A DNA stretch of 64,000 nt, taken from the human T2T-CHM13v2.0 reference genome, Homo sapiens. This document shows, piece after piece, positions 14,001 to 24,791 of this stretch. The translations under genes were made by a program, and so were the position numbers. Below the pieces are notes generated by a model, which had not been told where the DNA came from, searched no databases, and was given only the letters and a program-made list of their open reading frames with translations. The stretch is from the NCBI RefSeq assembly GCF_009914755.1, contig NC_060936.1, one strand, 5' to 3'. Position 1 is the first letter of the stretch; every line of letters begins with the position of its first letter.

Positions 14001-17000
14001 CTTTACAAACAGAGTGTTTCCAAACTGCTCTATGAAAAGAAAGGTTAAACTCTGTGAGTTGAACGCACCCATCACAAAGTAGTTTCTGAGAATGATTCTG
14101 TCTAGTTTTTATACGAAGATATTTCCTTTTCAAACCTTGGCATCCAATCACTTCAAATCTCCACCTGTAAATTCCACAACAGGAGTGTAAAATATCTGCT
14201 AAGTCTAAAGGAAAGTTCACCTCTGTGAGATGAATACACACAACACAAAGAAGTTCCTGAGAATTCTTCTGTCGAACATTATATGAAGAAATCCCGTTTC
14301 CAATGAAAGCCTCAAAGAAGTCCAAATATCCACTTGCAGATTTTACAAACATAGTGTTTCCAAACTGCTCTATGAAAAGAAAGGTGAAACTCTCTGAGCT
14401 GAACGCACCCATCACAAAGTAGTTTCTGAGAATGATTCTGTCTAGATTTTTTACGAAGATAATTCCTTTTCTACCCTTGGCCTCAATGCGCTTGAAATCT
14501 CCACCTGCATATTCCACAAAAAGTGTGTTTCAAATCTACTCTGTCTAAAGGAAGGTTCAACTCTGTGAGTGGAATACACACAACACAAAGAAGTTACTGA
14601 GAATTCTTCTGTCTAGCATTATATGAAGAAATCCCGTTTCCAACGAAGGCCTCCAAGAGGTAAAAATATCCACTTAAAGACTTTACAAACAGAGTGTTTC
14701 CAAATTGCTCCATGAAAAGAAAGGTTAAACTCTGTGAGTTGAACGCACACATCACATGGTAGTTTCTGAGAATGATTCTGTCTAGTTTTCATGAGAAGAT
14801 ATTTCCTTTTCTACCATTGGACACAAATCACTTGACATCTCCAACTGCAAATTCCACAAAGAGAGTGTATCAAATCTCCTCTGTCTAAGGGAAGGTTGAA
14901 CTCTGTGAGTTGAATACCCACAACACAAAGAAGTTCCTGAGAATTCTTTTGTCTAACATTATATGAAGAAATCCCGTTTCCAACCAAGGCCTTAAGGAGG
15001 TCCAAATATCCATTTGCAGACTTCACAAAGAGAGTGTTTCCAAACTGCTCTACGAAAAAGAAGGTTAAACTCTGTGTGTTGAAAGGACACATTACAAAGT
15101 AGTTTCGGAGAATGATTCTATTTGGATTTTATACGAGGATATGTCCTTTTCTACCCTTGGCCTCAAAGCACTTGAAATCTCCACCTGCAAATTCCAGAAA
15201 AAGAGTGTTTCAAATCTGCTCGGTCTAAAGAAGGTTCAACCCTGTGAGTTGAATACACACAACAGAAATAAGTTCCTGAGAATTCTTCTGTCTAACATTA
15301 TATGAAGAAATCCCATTTCCAACGAAGGCCTCAAAGGGTTCCAAATATCCACTTCCAGACTTTACAAAGAGAGGGTTTCCAAACTGCTCTATGAAAAAAA
15401 AGGTTAAACTCTGTGAGTTGAATGCACAAATCACAAAGTGGTTTCTGAGAATGAATCTGTCTAGGTTTCATTCGAAGATATTTCCTTTTGTACACTTGGC
15501 CTCAAATGCTTGAAATCTCCACGTGCAAATTCCACAAAATGAGTGTATCAAGTCTCCTCTGTCTAAAGGAAGGTTCAAATCTGTGAGTATAATACACACA
15601 ACACGAAGAACTTACTGAGAATTCTTCTGTCTAGCATTATATGAAGAAATCCCGTTTCCAACAAAGGCCTCAAAGAGGTCCAAATATCCACTTGCAGACT
15701 TTACAGAGGCTTTCCAAACTGCTCTATGAAAAGAAAGGTTAAACTCTGTGAGTTGAACGCAGACATCACAAAGGAGTTTCGGATAATGATTCTCTCTAGT
15801 TTTTATACGAAGAAATTTCCTTTTCTACCATTGGCCTCAAAGCGCTTGAAACCTCCACCTGAAATTCCACAATAAGAGTGTCTCAAATGTGCTCCGTCTA
15901 AAGAAAGGTTCAACTCAGTGAGTTGAGTCGACACCACACAAAGAAGTTACTGAGAATTCTTCTGTCTAGCATTATATGAAGAAATCCCATTTCCAAAGAA
16001 GGCCTGAAAGAGGTTGAAATATCCATTTGCAGACTTTACAGAGTGTTTCCAAACTGCTCCATGAAATGAAAGATTAAACTCTGTGAGTTGAACACACACA
16101 TCACAAATAGTTTCTGAGAATGATTCCGTCTAGTTGTTATACGAAGATATTTCCTTTTCTAACATTGGCCTCACAGCCCTTGAAATCTCCACCTGAACAT
16201 TCCACAAGAAGAGTGTTTCAAATCTGCTCTGTCTAAAGGAAGGTTCAACTCTGTGAGATGAATACACGCAACACAAAGGAGTTACTGAGAATTCTTCTGT
16301 CTAGCATCATATGAAGAAATCCCGTTTCCAACGAAGGCCTCAAAGAGGTCCAAATATCCAATTGCAGACCTTACAAAGAGAGTGCTTCCAAACCGGTCTA
16401 CGAAAAGAAAGGTTAAACTCTGTGAGTTGAACGCAGACATCACAAAGTAGTTTTTGAGAATGATTCTGTCTAGATTTTATACGAAGATATTTCCTTTTCT
16501 ACAATTGGCCTCAAATCTCTTGAAATCTCCACCTGCAAATTCCACAAAAAGAGTGTTTCAAATCTTCTCTGTCTAAAGGAAGGTTCAACTCTGTGAGTGG
16601 AATACACACAAGACAAAGAAGTTATTGAGAATTCTTTTGTCTAGCATTATATGAAGAAATCCCGTTTCCAACGAAGGCTTCAAATAGGTCCAAATATCCA
16701 CCTGAAGACTTTACAAACAGAGTGTTTCCAAACTGCTCAATGAAAAGAAAGGTTACACTCTGTGAGTTCAACGCACACATCAGAAAGTAATTTCTGAGAA
16801 TGATTCTGTCTAGTTTTTATACGAAGATATTTCCTTTTCTACCCTTGGCCTCAAAACGCTTGAAATCTCCAACTGCAAATTTCACCAGAAGAGTGTATCA
16901 AATCTGCTCTGTCTAAAGGAAGGTTGAACTCTCTGAGTTGAATACACACAACACAAAGAAGTTACTGAGAATTCTTCTGACTAGCATTTTATGAAGATAT

Positions 17001-20000
17001 CCCGTTTCCACCGGAGGCCTCCAAGAGGTCAAAATATCCACTTGAAGACTTCACAAACAGAGTTTCTCCAACTACTCCATGAAAAGAAAGGTTAAACTCT
17101 GTGAGTTTAGCACGCACATCACAATCATCACAATGTAGTTTCTGAGAATGATTCAGTCTAGTTGTTATAAGAAGATATTTCCTTTTCTACCATTGGCCTC
17201 AAAGCGCTTGAAATCTCCACCTGCAAATTCCACAAAAAGTGTGTATCAAATCTGCTCTGTCTAAAGGAAGGTTCAACTCTGTGAGTGGAATACACACAAC
17301 ACAAAGAAGTTTCTGAGAATTCTTCTCTCTAGCATTATATGAAGAAATCCCGTTTCCAACGAATGCCTCTAAGAGGTCCAAATATCCTCTTGCAGACTTT
17401 ACAAACAGAGTGTTTCCAAACTGCTCTATGAAAAGAAAGGTTAAACTCTGTGAGTTGAACGCACACATCACAAAGTAGTTTCTGAGAATGATTCTGTCTA
17501 GTTTTTATACGAAGATATTTCCCTTTCTACATTTGGCCTCAAAGCGCTTGAAATCTCGACCTGCGAATTTCACAAAAAGAGAGTTTCGAAATATTCTGTC
17601 AAAAGGAAGGTTCAACTCTGTGAGTTGAATACACACAACACAAAGAAGTTACTGAGAGTACTTCTGTCTAGCATTATATGAAGAAATCCTATTTCCAACG
17701 AAGACCTCCAAGAGGTCCAAATATCCACTTGCAGACACTACAAAGAGAGTTTCCAAACTGCTCTATGAAAAGAAAGATTAAACTCTGCTAGTTGAATGCA
17801 CACATCACAAATTAGTTTCTAAGCATGATTCTGTCTAGTTTTAATACGAAGATATTTCCTTTTCAAACATTGGCATCCAATCACTTCAAATCTCCACCTG
17901 CAAATTCCACAAAAGGAGTGTAAAAAATCTGCTACTTCTAAAGGAAGGTTCAACTCTGTGAGATGAATACACACAACACAAAGAAGTTCCTGAGAATTCT
18001 TCTGTCTAACATTATATGAAGAAATCCCGTTTCCAAGGAAGGCCTCAAAGAGTTCCCAATATCCACTTGCAGACTTACAAATAGAGTGTTTCCAAACTGC
18101 TCAATGAAAAGAAAGGTTAAACTCTGTGAGTTGAACGCACACATCACCAAGTAGTTTCTGAGAAGGATTCTGTCTTGATTTTCTACGAAGATATTTCCTT
18201 TTCTACCATTGGCCTAAAAGCGCTTGAAATCTCCACCTACAAATTCCACAAAATGATTGTATCAAATCTCCTCTGTCTAAAGGAAGTTTCAAATCCGTGA
18301 GTGGAATACAAACAACACGAAGAAGTTACTGAGAATTCTTCTGTCTAGCATTATATGAAGAAATCCCGTTTCGAACGAAGGCCTCAAAGAGGTCCAAATA
18401 TCCACTTGCAGACTTTACAAACAGAGTGTTGCCAAACTGCTCTATGAAAAGAAAGGTTAAACTCTGTGAGCTGAACGCACACATCACAAAGTCGTTTCTG
18501 AGAATGATTCTGTCTAGTTTTTAAATGAAGATACTTCCTTTTCTACCCGTGCACTCAAATCGCTTGACATCTCCCACTGCAAATTCTACAAAGAGAGTGT
18601 ATCAAATCTCCTCTGTCTAAAGGAAGGTTCAACTCTGTGAGTTGAATACACACAACACAAAGAAGTTACTGAGAATTCTTCTGTCTAGCATTATATGAAG
18701 AAATCCCGTTTCCAACGAAGGCCTCAAAGAATTCCAAATATCCACTTGCAGACTTTACACTGTGTTTCCAAACTGCACTATGAAAAGAAAGTTTAAACTC
18801 TGTGAGTTGAACGCACACATCTCAAAGTCGTTTCTGAGAATGATTCTGTCTAGTTTTCAAACGAAGATATTTCCTTTTCTACCAATGGCCTCAAAGCGCT
18901 TGATATCTCCACCTGAAAATTCAACAAAAAGAGTGTATCCAATCTGCTCTGTCTAAAGGAAGGTTCAACTCTGTGAGTGGAATACACACAACACAAAGAA
19001 GTTACTGAGGATTCCTCTGTGTAGCCTTACATGAAGAAATCCCGTTTCCAACGAAGGCCTCAAAGAGGTCCAAATATCCACTTGAAGACTTTACAAACAT
19101 AGTGTTTCCAAACTGCTCTATGAAAACAAAGGTTAAACTCTGTGAGTTGAACGCACACATCACAAAGCAGTTTCTGAGAATGATTCTGTCTAGTTTTTAT
19201 ACGAAGATATTTCCTTTTCTACCATTGGCCTCAAAGCGCTTTAAATCTCCACCTGCAAATTCCACAGAAAGTGTGTTTCAAATCTGCTCTGTCTAAAGGA
19301 AGGTTCAACTCTGTAAGTTGAATACACGCAACACAAAGAAGTTACTGAGAATTCTTCTGTCCAACATTATATGAAGAAATCCCGTTTCTTACTACGGCCT
19401 CTGAGAGGTCCAAATATCCCCTTGCAGACTTTACATACAGAGTGTTTCCAAACTACTCTGTGAAAAGAAAAGTTAAACTCTGTGAGTTGAACGCACACAT
19501 CACAACGTATTTTCTGAGAATGATTCTGTCTAGTTTTTATATGAAGATATTTCCTTTTCTACCCTTGGCCTCAAAGCTTTTGAAATCTCCACTTGCAAGT
19601 TCCACAAAAACAGAGTATCAAATCTGCTCTGTCTAAAGGAAGGTTCAACTCTTTGAGCGGAATATGCACAACACAAAGATGTTACTGATGATTCTTCTGT
19701 CTACCATTATATAAAGAAATCTCGTTTCCAACGAAGGCCTCTAAGAGTTCCAAATATACTCTTGCAGAATTTACAAACAGTGTGTTTCTAAACTGCTCAA
19801 TCAAAGGAAAGGTTAAACTCTGTGAATTGAATGTACACATCACAAAGTAGTTTCTGAGAAGTATGCTGTACAGTTTTCCTACGTAGATATTTCCTTTTCT
19901 ACCATTGGCCTCAAAGCACTTGAAATCTCCAGCTGCAAATTCCACAAAAAGGGTTTTTCAAATCTGCTCTGTCTAAACTAAGGTGCAACTCTGTGAGTTG

Positions 20001-21392
20001 AATACACAGAACAGAAAGAAGTTACTGAGAATTCTTCTGTCTAGCATTATATGAAGAAATCCCTTTTCCAACGAAGGCCTCAAAAGTTCCAAATATCCAC
20101 TTGCAGACTTTACAAACAGAGTGTTTCTAAACTGTTCTATGAAAAGAAAGACTAAACTCTGTGAGTTGAATGCACACATCACAAAGTAGTTTCTGGTAAT
20201 GGTTCTGTCTAGTTTTATACAAAGATTTTTCCTTTTCTATCCTTGGCCTCAAAGTGCTTGAAATCTCCACCTGCAAATTCCACAAAAAGAGTGTATCAAA
20301 TCTGCTCTGTCTAAAGGAATGTTCAACTCTGTGAGTTGAATACACACAACACAAAGAAGTTACTGAGAATACTTCTGTCTAGCATTATATGAAGAAATCC
20401 CGTTTCCAACGAAGTCCTCCAAGAGGTCAAAATATCCACTTGCAGACCTTACAAACAGAGTGTTTCCAAACTGCTCTATGAAAAGAAAGGTTAAACTCTG
20501 TGAGTTGAACGCACACAACACAAAGTACTTTCTGAGAATGATTCTGTCTAGTTTTTATACGAAGATATTTCCTTTTCTACCATTGGCCTCATTGCCCTTG
20601 AAATCTCCAATTGCAACTTCCAGCAAAAGAGTGTTTCAAATCTGCTGTGTCTAAAGGAAGGTTCATCTCTGTGAGTTGAATACCGGCAACACAAAGAAGT
20701 TACTGAGAATTCTTCTGTCTAGCATTATACGAAGAAATCCCATTTCCAACGAAGGTCTCAAAGAGTTGCAAATATCCACTTGCAGACTTTACAAACAGAT
20801 TGTTTCCAACCTGCTCTATGAAAAGCAGGGTTAAACTGTGTGAGTTGAATGCACACATCACATAGTAGTTTCTCAGAATGATTCTTTCTAGATTTTATGC
20901 GAAGATATTTCCTTTTCTACACTTGGCCACAAAGTGCTTGAAATCTCCACCTGCAAATTCTCGAAAAAGAGTGTTTCAAGTATGCTCTGTCTAAAGGAAG
21001 GTTCACCTCTGTGAATTGCCTGCACGCAACACAAAGAAGTTACTGAGAATTCTTCTGTCTAGCATTTTATGAAGAAATCCCGTTTCCAACGAAGGCCTCA
21101 AAGAGGTCCAAATATTCACTTGCAGACTTTACAAACAGAGCGTTTCCAAACTGGTCTATGAAAAGAATTGTTGACCTCTGTGAGTTGAACCCACACATCA
21201 CAAATTAGTTTCTGAGAAAGATTCTGTCTTGTTGTTATATGAAGATATTTCGTTTTCTAACATTGGCTTCAAAGCGCTTGAAATCTCCACCTGCAAATTC
21301 CACAAAAAGAGTGTATCAAATCTGCTCTGTGTAAAGGAAGGTTCATGTCTGTGTGTTGCATACACGCAGCACAAAGAAGTTTCTCAGAATTC

Positions 21393-21406
21393 TTCTGTCT
21401 AGTTTT
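21393..21406 (+). repeat. Left target-site duplication of L1 insertion (TTCTGTCTAGTTTT)
   Basis: Identical 14-mer at 21716-21729. Removing the insert and one copy restores a normal alpha monomer. Confidence 0.9.
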
Positions 21407-21420
21407 TTTTTTAATTTTTA

Positions 21421-21577
21421 ATGCATTTATATTTAATATACTAAAATAATTGGTGCATCTAACAATTAAGAAGCAGTTAGTATGAAACAATATTTGGCTA
21501 TGGGCCAGGTTAGCTGAGTTAATTGCAAAATTGTGGGGAATCACATTTTCCTGTGATACGTTTTCCTTCTATGTGAA
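21421..21577 (-). other. Putative 3'-transduced unique genomic DNA (~157 bp)
   Basis: AT-rich sequence that is neither alpha nor recognisable L1, lying between the L1 poly(A) and the terminal poly(A), inside the TSDs. ATTAAA on the minus strand at 21432-21437 lies shortly upstream of the tail. Confidence 0.8.
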
Positions 21578-21610
21578 TTTTTCTTTTTTTTTTCTTTTTG
21601 ACTTTTTTTT

Positions 21611-21717
21611 ATTATACTTTAAGTTTTATGGTACATGTGCACATTCTGCAGGTTAGTTACATATGTATACATGTGCCATGCTGTTGCACTGCACCCACTA
21701 ACTCGTCATCTAGCATT
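21611..21717 (-). mobile_element. LINE-1 3' UTR terminal fragment (~107 bp), L1PA2/L1PA3-like, non-Ta
   Basis: attatactttaagtttta..gtacatgtgcaca...catgtgccatgctg...gcacccactaactcgtcatctagcatt is the reverse complement of the young L1PA 3' end. The diagnostic triplet reads GAG (GATGACGAGTTAGT), not the Ta ACA. About 4 differences from the consensus as I recall it. Confidence 0.93.
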
Positions 21718-21729
21718 CTGTCTAGTTTT
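21716..21729 (+). repeat. Right target-site duplication of L1 insertion (TTCTGTCTAGTTTT)
   Basis: Matches 21393-21406. The first 2 nt (TT) are shared with L1 sequence, giving microhomology at the 5' junction. Confidence 0.9.
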
Positions 21730-24700
21730 ATATGAGAAATCCCGTTTCCAGCGAATGCCTCAAAGAGGTCCAAATATCCCTTGCAGACTTTACAAACGGA
21801 GTGTTTTAAATCTGCTGTATCAAAAGAAAGGTTAAACGCTGTGAGTTGAACGCACACATCACAAAGTAGTTTCTGAGAATGAATCGGTCTAGTTTTCATG
21901 GGAAGATATTTCCTTTTTCTACCTCAGGCCTCAAAGCGCTTCCAATATCCACTTGGAAATTCTAAAAAAAGACGTTTTCAAAACTACTCTATTGAAAGGA
22001 ATATTCAAGTTGAAGACACACATCACATAGAAGCTTCTGAGAATTCTTCTGTCTAGTTTTCTATGAAGAAATCCCGTTTCCAACGAAGGCCTCAAGGAGG
22101 CCCAATTATCCACTTGAAGATTCTACAAATATATTGTTTCCAAACTGCTCTATCAAAAGGAATGTTGAACTCTGTGAGTTGAACGCAAAGATCACAACGT
22201 GGTTTCTGAGAATGCTACTGTCTAGTTTTTGTGTGAAGGTATTTCCTTTTCTACAATAGGCCCCAAAGCCCTCTAAATACCCGCTTGCAAATTCTACAAA
22301 AAGGGTGTTACAAAACTGCTCTATCAAAAGAAACGTTAAACTCTGTGATTTGAACGCACACATCACAAAGCTGTTTCTGAGAAGGATTCTGTCTAGTTTT
22401 TACATGAAGAAATTTCGTTTTCTACCATAGGCGTCGATGCACTCTAAATATGCACTGGGAATTTCTACAAAAAAAGTTTCAAAACTGCTCTATCGAAAGG
22501 AAGGTTCAACTCTGTGAGTTGAATGCACACATCACAAAGTTGTTTCTCAGAAGGATTCTGTCTAATTATTATATGAGGATATTTCATTTTCTACCATAGG
22601 CATGCAAGCACTCTAAATATGCACTTGGAAATTCTACAAAAAGAGTGTTTCAAAACTGGTCCTTCAAAGGAAGTTTCAACTCTGTGAGTTGAATACACAC
22701 ATCACAAAGAAGTTTCCCAAAATTCTTCTCTCTATTTGTATATGTAGAAGTCCCATTTCCAACGAATGCCTCAAAGAGGTCCAAATATCCACTTGCAGAC
22801 TTTACAAACAGAGTGTTTCAAACCTGCTCTATGAAAACAAAGTTTAAACTCTGTGAGATGAACGCGCCTATCACAAAGTAGTTTCTGAGAGTGCTTCTGT
22901 CTAGTTGTTATATGAAGACATTTCCTTTACTACCATAGGCCCATAAGCCCTTTAAATATCCACTTGCAAATTTCACAAAAAGACTGTTTCAAACCTGCTC
23001 TCTGAAAAGAAATGTTTAACTCTGTGAGTTGAAAGCACACATCTCAAAGTGGTTTCTGAGAATGAGTCTGTCTAGTTCTTACATGAAAATATTTCGTTTT
23101 CTACTGTCAGCTTCAAAGCACTCCAATTATGCACATGGAAATTCTACAAAAAGAGTGTTTCAAAACTGCTCTATCGAAAGGGAGGTTCTACTCTGTGAGT
23201 TGAATACACACATCACAAAGAAGTTTCTCAAAATTCTTCTCTCTAGTTGTATATGTAGAAATCCCGTTTCCAACGAATGCCTCAAAGAGGTCCAAATATC
23301 CACCAGCAGACTTTACAAACAGAGTGTTTCAAAACTGCTCTATCAAAAGAAAGGTTCAACTGTGTGAGTTGAACGCGCCCATCACAAATTAGTTTCTGAG
23401 AGTGCTTCTGTCTAGTTGTTATATGAAGATATTTCCTTTTTTACCGTAGGCCCAAAAGCCCTTTAAATATCCACTTCCAAATTTCACAAAAAGAACGTTT
23501 CAAACCTGCTCTCTCAAAAGAAAGGTTAAACACCATGAGTTGAAGGCACACATCACAAAGTTGTTTCTGACAATGAGTCTGTGTAGTTCTTATATTAAGA
23601 TATTTCGTTTTCTAACGTTGGCTTCAAGGCACTCCTAATATGCACTTGGAAATTCTACAAAAAGAGTGTTTCAAAATTGCTCTATCAAAAGGAGGTTTTA
23701 ACTCTGTGAGTTGAATGCACACTTCCCAAAGAAGTGTCTCAGAATTCTTCTGTCTAGTTTTCTATGAAAAATCCCGTTTCCAACGAATTCCTCAAAGAGG
23801 TCCAAATATCCACTTGCAGACTTGACAGAGTGTTTCAAATCTGCTCTATCAAAAGAAAGGTTCAACTCTGTGAGTTGAACGTGCCCATCACAAAGTAGTT
23901 TCTGAGAGTGCTTCTGTCTAGTTGTTATATGAAGATATTTTCTTTTCTACCGTAGGCCCAAAAGCCCTTTAAGTATCCACTTGCAAATTTCACAAGAAGA
24001 CTGTTTCAAACCTGCTCTCTCAAAAGAAAGGTTAAACTCTTTGAGTTGAACGCACACATAACAAAGTGGTTTCTGAGAATGAGTCTGTCTAGATCTTATA
24101 TGAAGATATTTTGTTTTCTACCGTCGGCTTCAAAGCTCTCCAAATATGCACTTGGAAATTCTGCAAAAAGAGTGTTTCGAAACTGCTCTATGAAAAGGAA
24201 GGTTCATCTCTGTGAGTTGAATACACACATCACAAAGAAGTTTCTCAAAATTCTTCTCTCTAGTTGTATATGTAGAAATCCCGTTTCCAACGAATGCATC
24301 AAAGAGGTCCAAATATACACCTGCAGACTTTACAAGCAGAGTGTTTCAAAACTGCTCTATCAAAAGAAAGGTTCAACTGTGTGAGTTGAATGCGCCCATC
24401 AAAATGTAGTTTCTGAGAGTGCTTCTGTCTAGTTGTTACATGAAAATGTTTCCTTTTCTACCGTAGGCCCCAAGCCCTTGAAATATCCATTTGCAAATTT
24501 CACAGACTGTTTCAAACCTGCTCTCTCAAAAGAAAGGTTAAACTCTATGAATTGAACGCATAGATCACAAAGTTGTTTCTGAGAATGAGTCTGTCTAGTT
24601 CTTATAAGAAGATATTTCGTTTTCTACCGTCAGCTTCAAAGCACTTCAAGTATGCACTTGGAAATTCTACAAAAAGAGTGTTTCAAAACTGCTCTATCAA

Positions 24701-24787
24701 AAGGAGAGTTTAACTCTGTGAGTTGAATGCACACATCCCAAAGAAGTGTCTCAGAAATCTTCTGTCTAGTTTTATATGAAAAATCCC

Positions 24788-24791
24788 GTTT
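24788..24791. other. Inversion breakpoint (satellite orientation switch) at GTTT microhomology
   Basis: Left of the junction reads ...atgaaaaatcccGTTT (minus-orientation CENP-B box, truncated). Right reads GTTTtgaatcactctgtttgtaaagtctgc (plus-orientation monomer). Confidence 0.95.

Larger units (their letters stand above)
1..21406 (-). repeat. Alpha satellite, dimeric A/B (SF1, J1/J2-type) array, diverged
   Basis: Continuous ~340-bp dimer period. B monomers carry TCCCGTTTCCAACGAAG (reverse complement of the CENP-B box) and alternate with A monomers (GAAGATATTTCCTTTTCTACCATTGGCC). GAATTC occurs about once per dimer, as in the classic 340-bp EcoRI dimer. SF1 assignment is from recalled J1/J2 consensus. 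Confidence 0.95.
21407..21717 (-). mobile_element. L1 retrotransposition product: 5'-truncated L1 3' end, source poly(A), 3' transduction and new poly(A) tail
   Basis: This is the only non-alpha sequence in the window and it is bounded by a 14-bp TSD. It has two T-rich tracts (~21403-21419 and ~21578-21610). The target reads 5'-TTTT/AT-3', an L1 endonuclease-like site. Confidence 0.9.
21716..24791 (-). repeat. Alpha satellite, archaic SF01-like divergent HOR layer, minus orientation
   Basis: Monomer types differ from the SF1 dimer (e.g. cacttggaaattctacaaaa, gccctttaaatatcc, tagttgtatatgtagaaatccc). A ~510-bp trimer and ~1017-bp repetition are visible at 22.7-24.8 kb. The SF01 label is inference. 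Confidence 0.75.

Noticed and set aside
13939-14517. Longest ORF (192 aa)
   Set aside because: Chance read-through across about 3.4 satellite monomers.
17117-17134. 9-bp tandem duplication (catcacaat x2)
   Set aside because: Isolated slippage event with nothing inserted between the copies.
21407-21717. Two independent insertions, or L1-mediated deletion causing the layer boundary
   Set aside because: One perfect TSD pair encloses the entire insert and its removal restores a contiguous monomer, so a single insertion without target deletion is simpler.
21269-21899. ORFs overlapping the insertion (e.g. MCTFCRLVTYVYMCHAV...)
   Set aside because: They are translations of L1 3' UTR, transduced DNA and satellite. 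No L1 ORF1 or ORF2 sequence is present.
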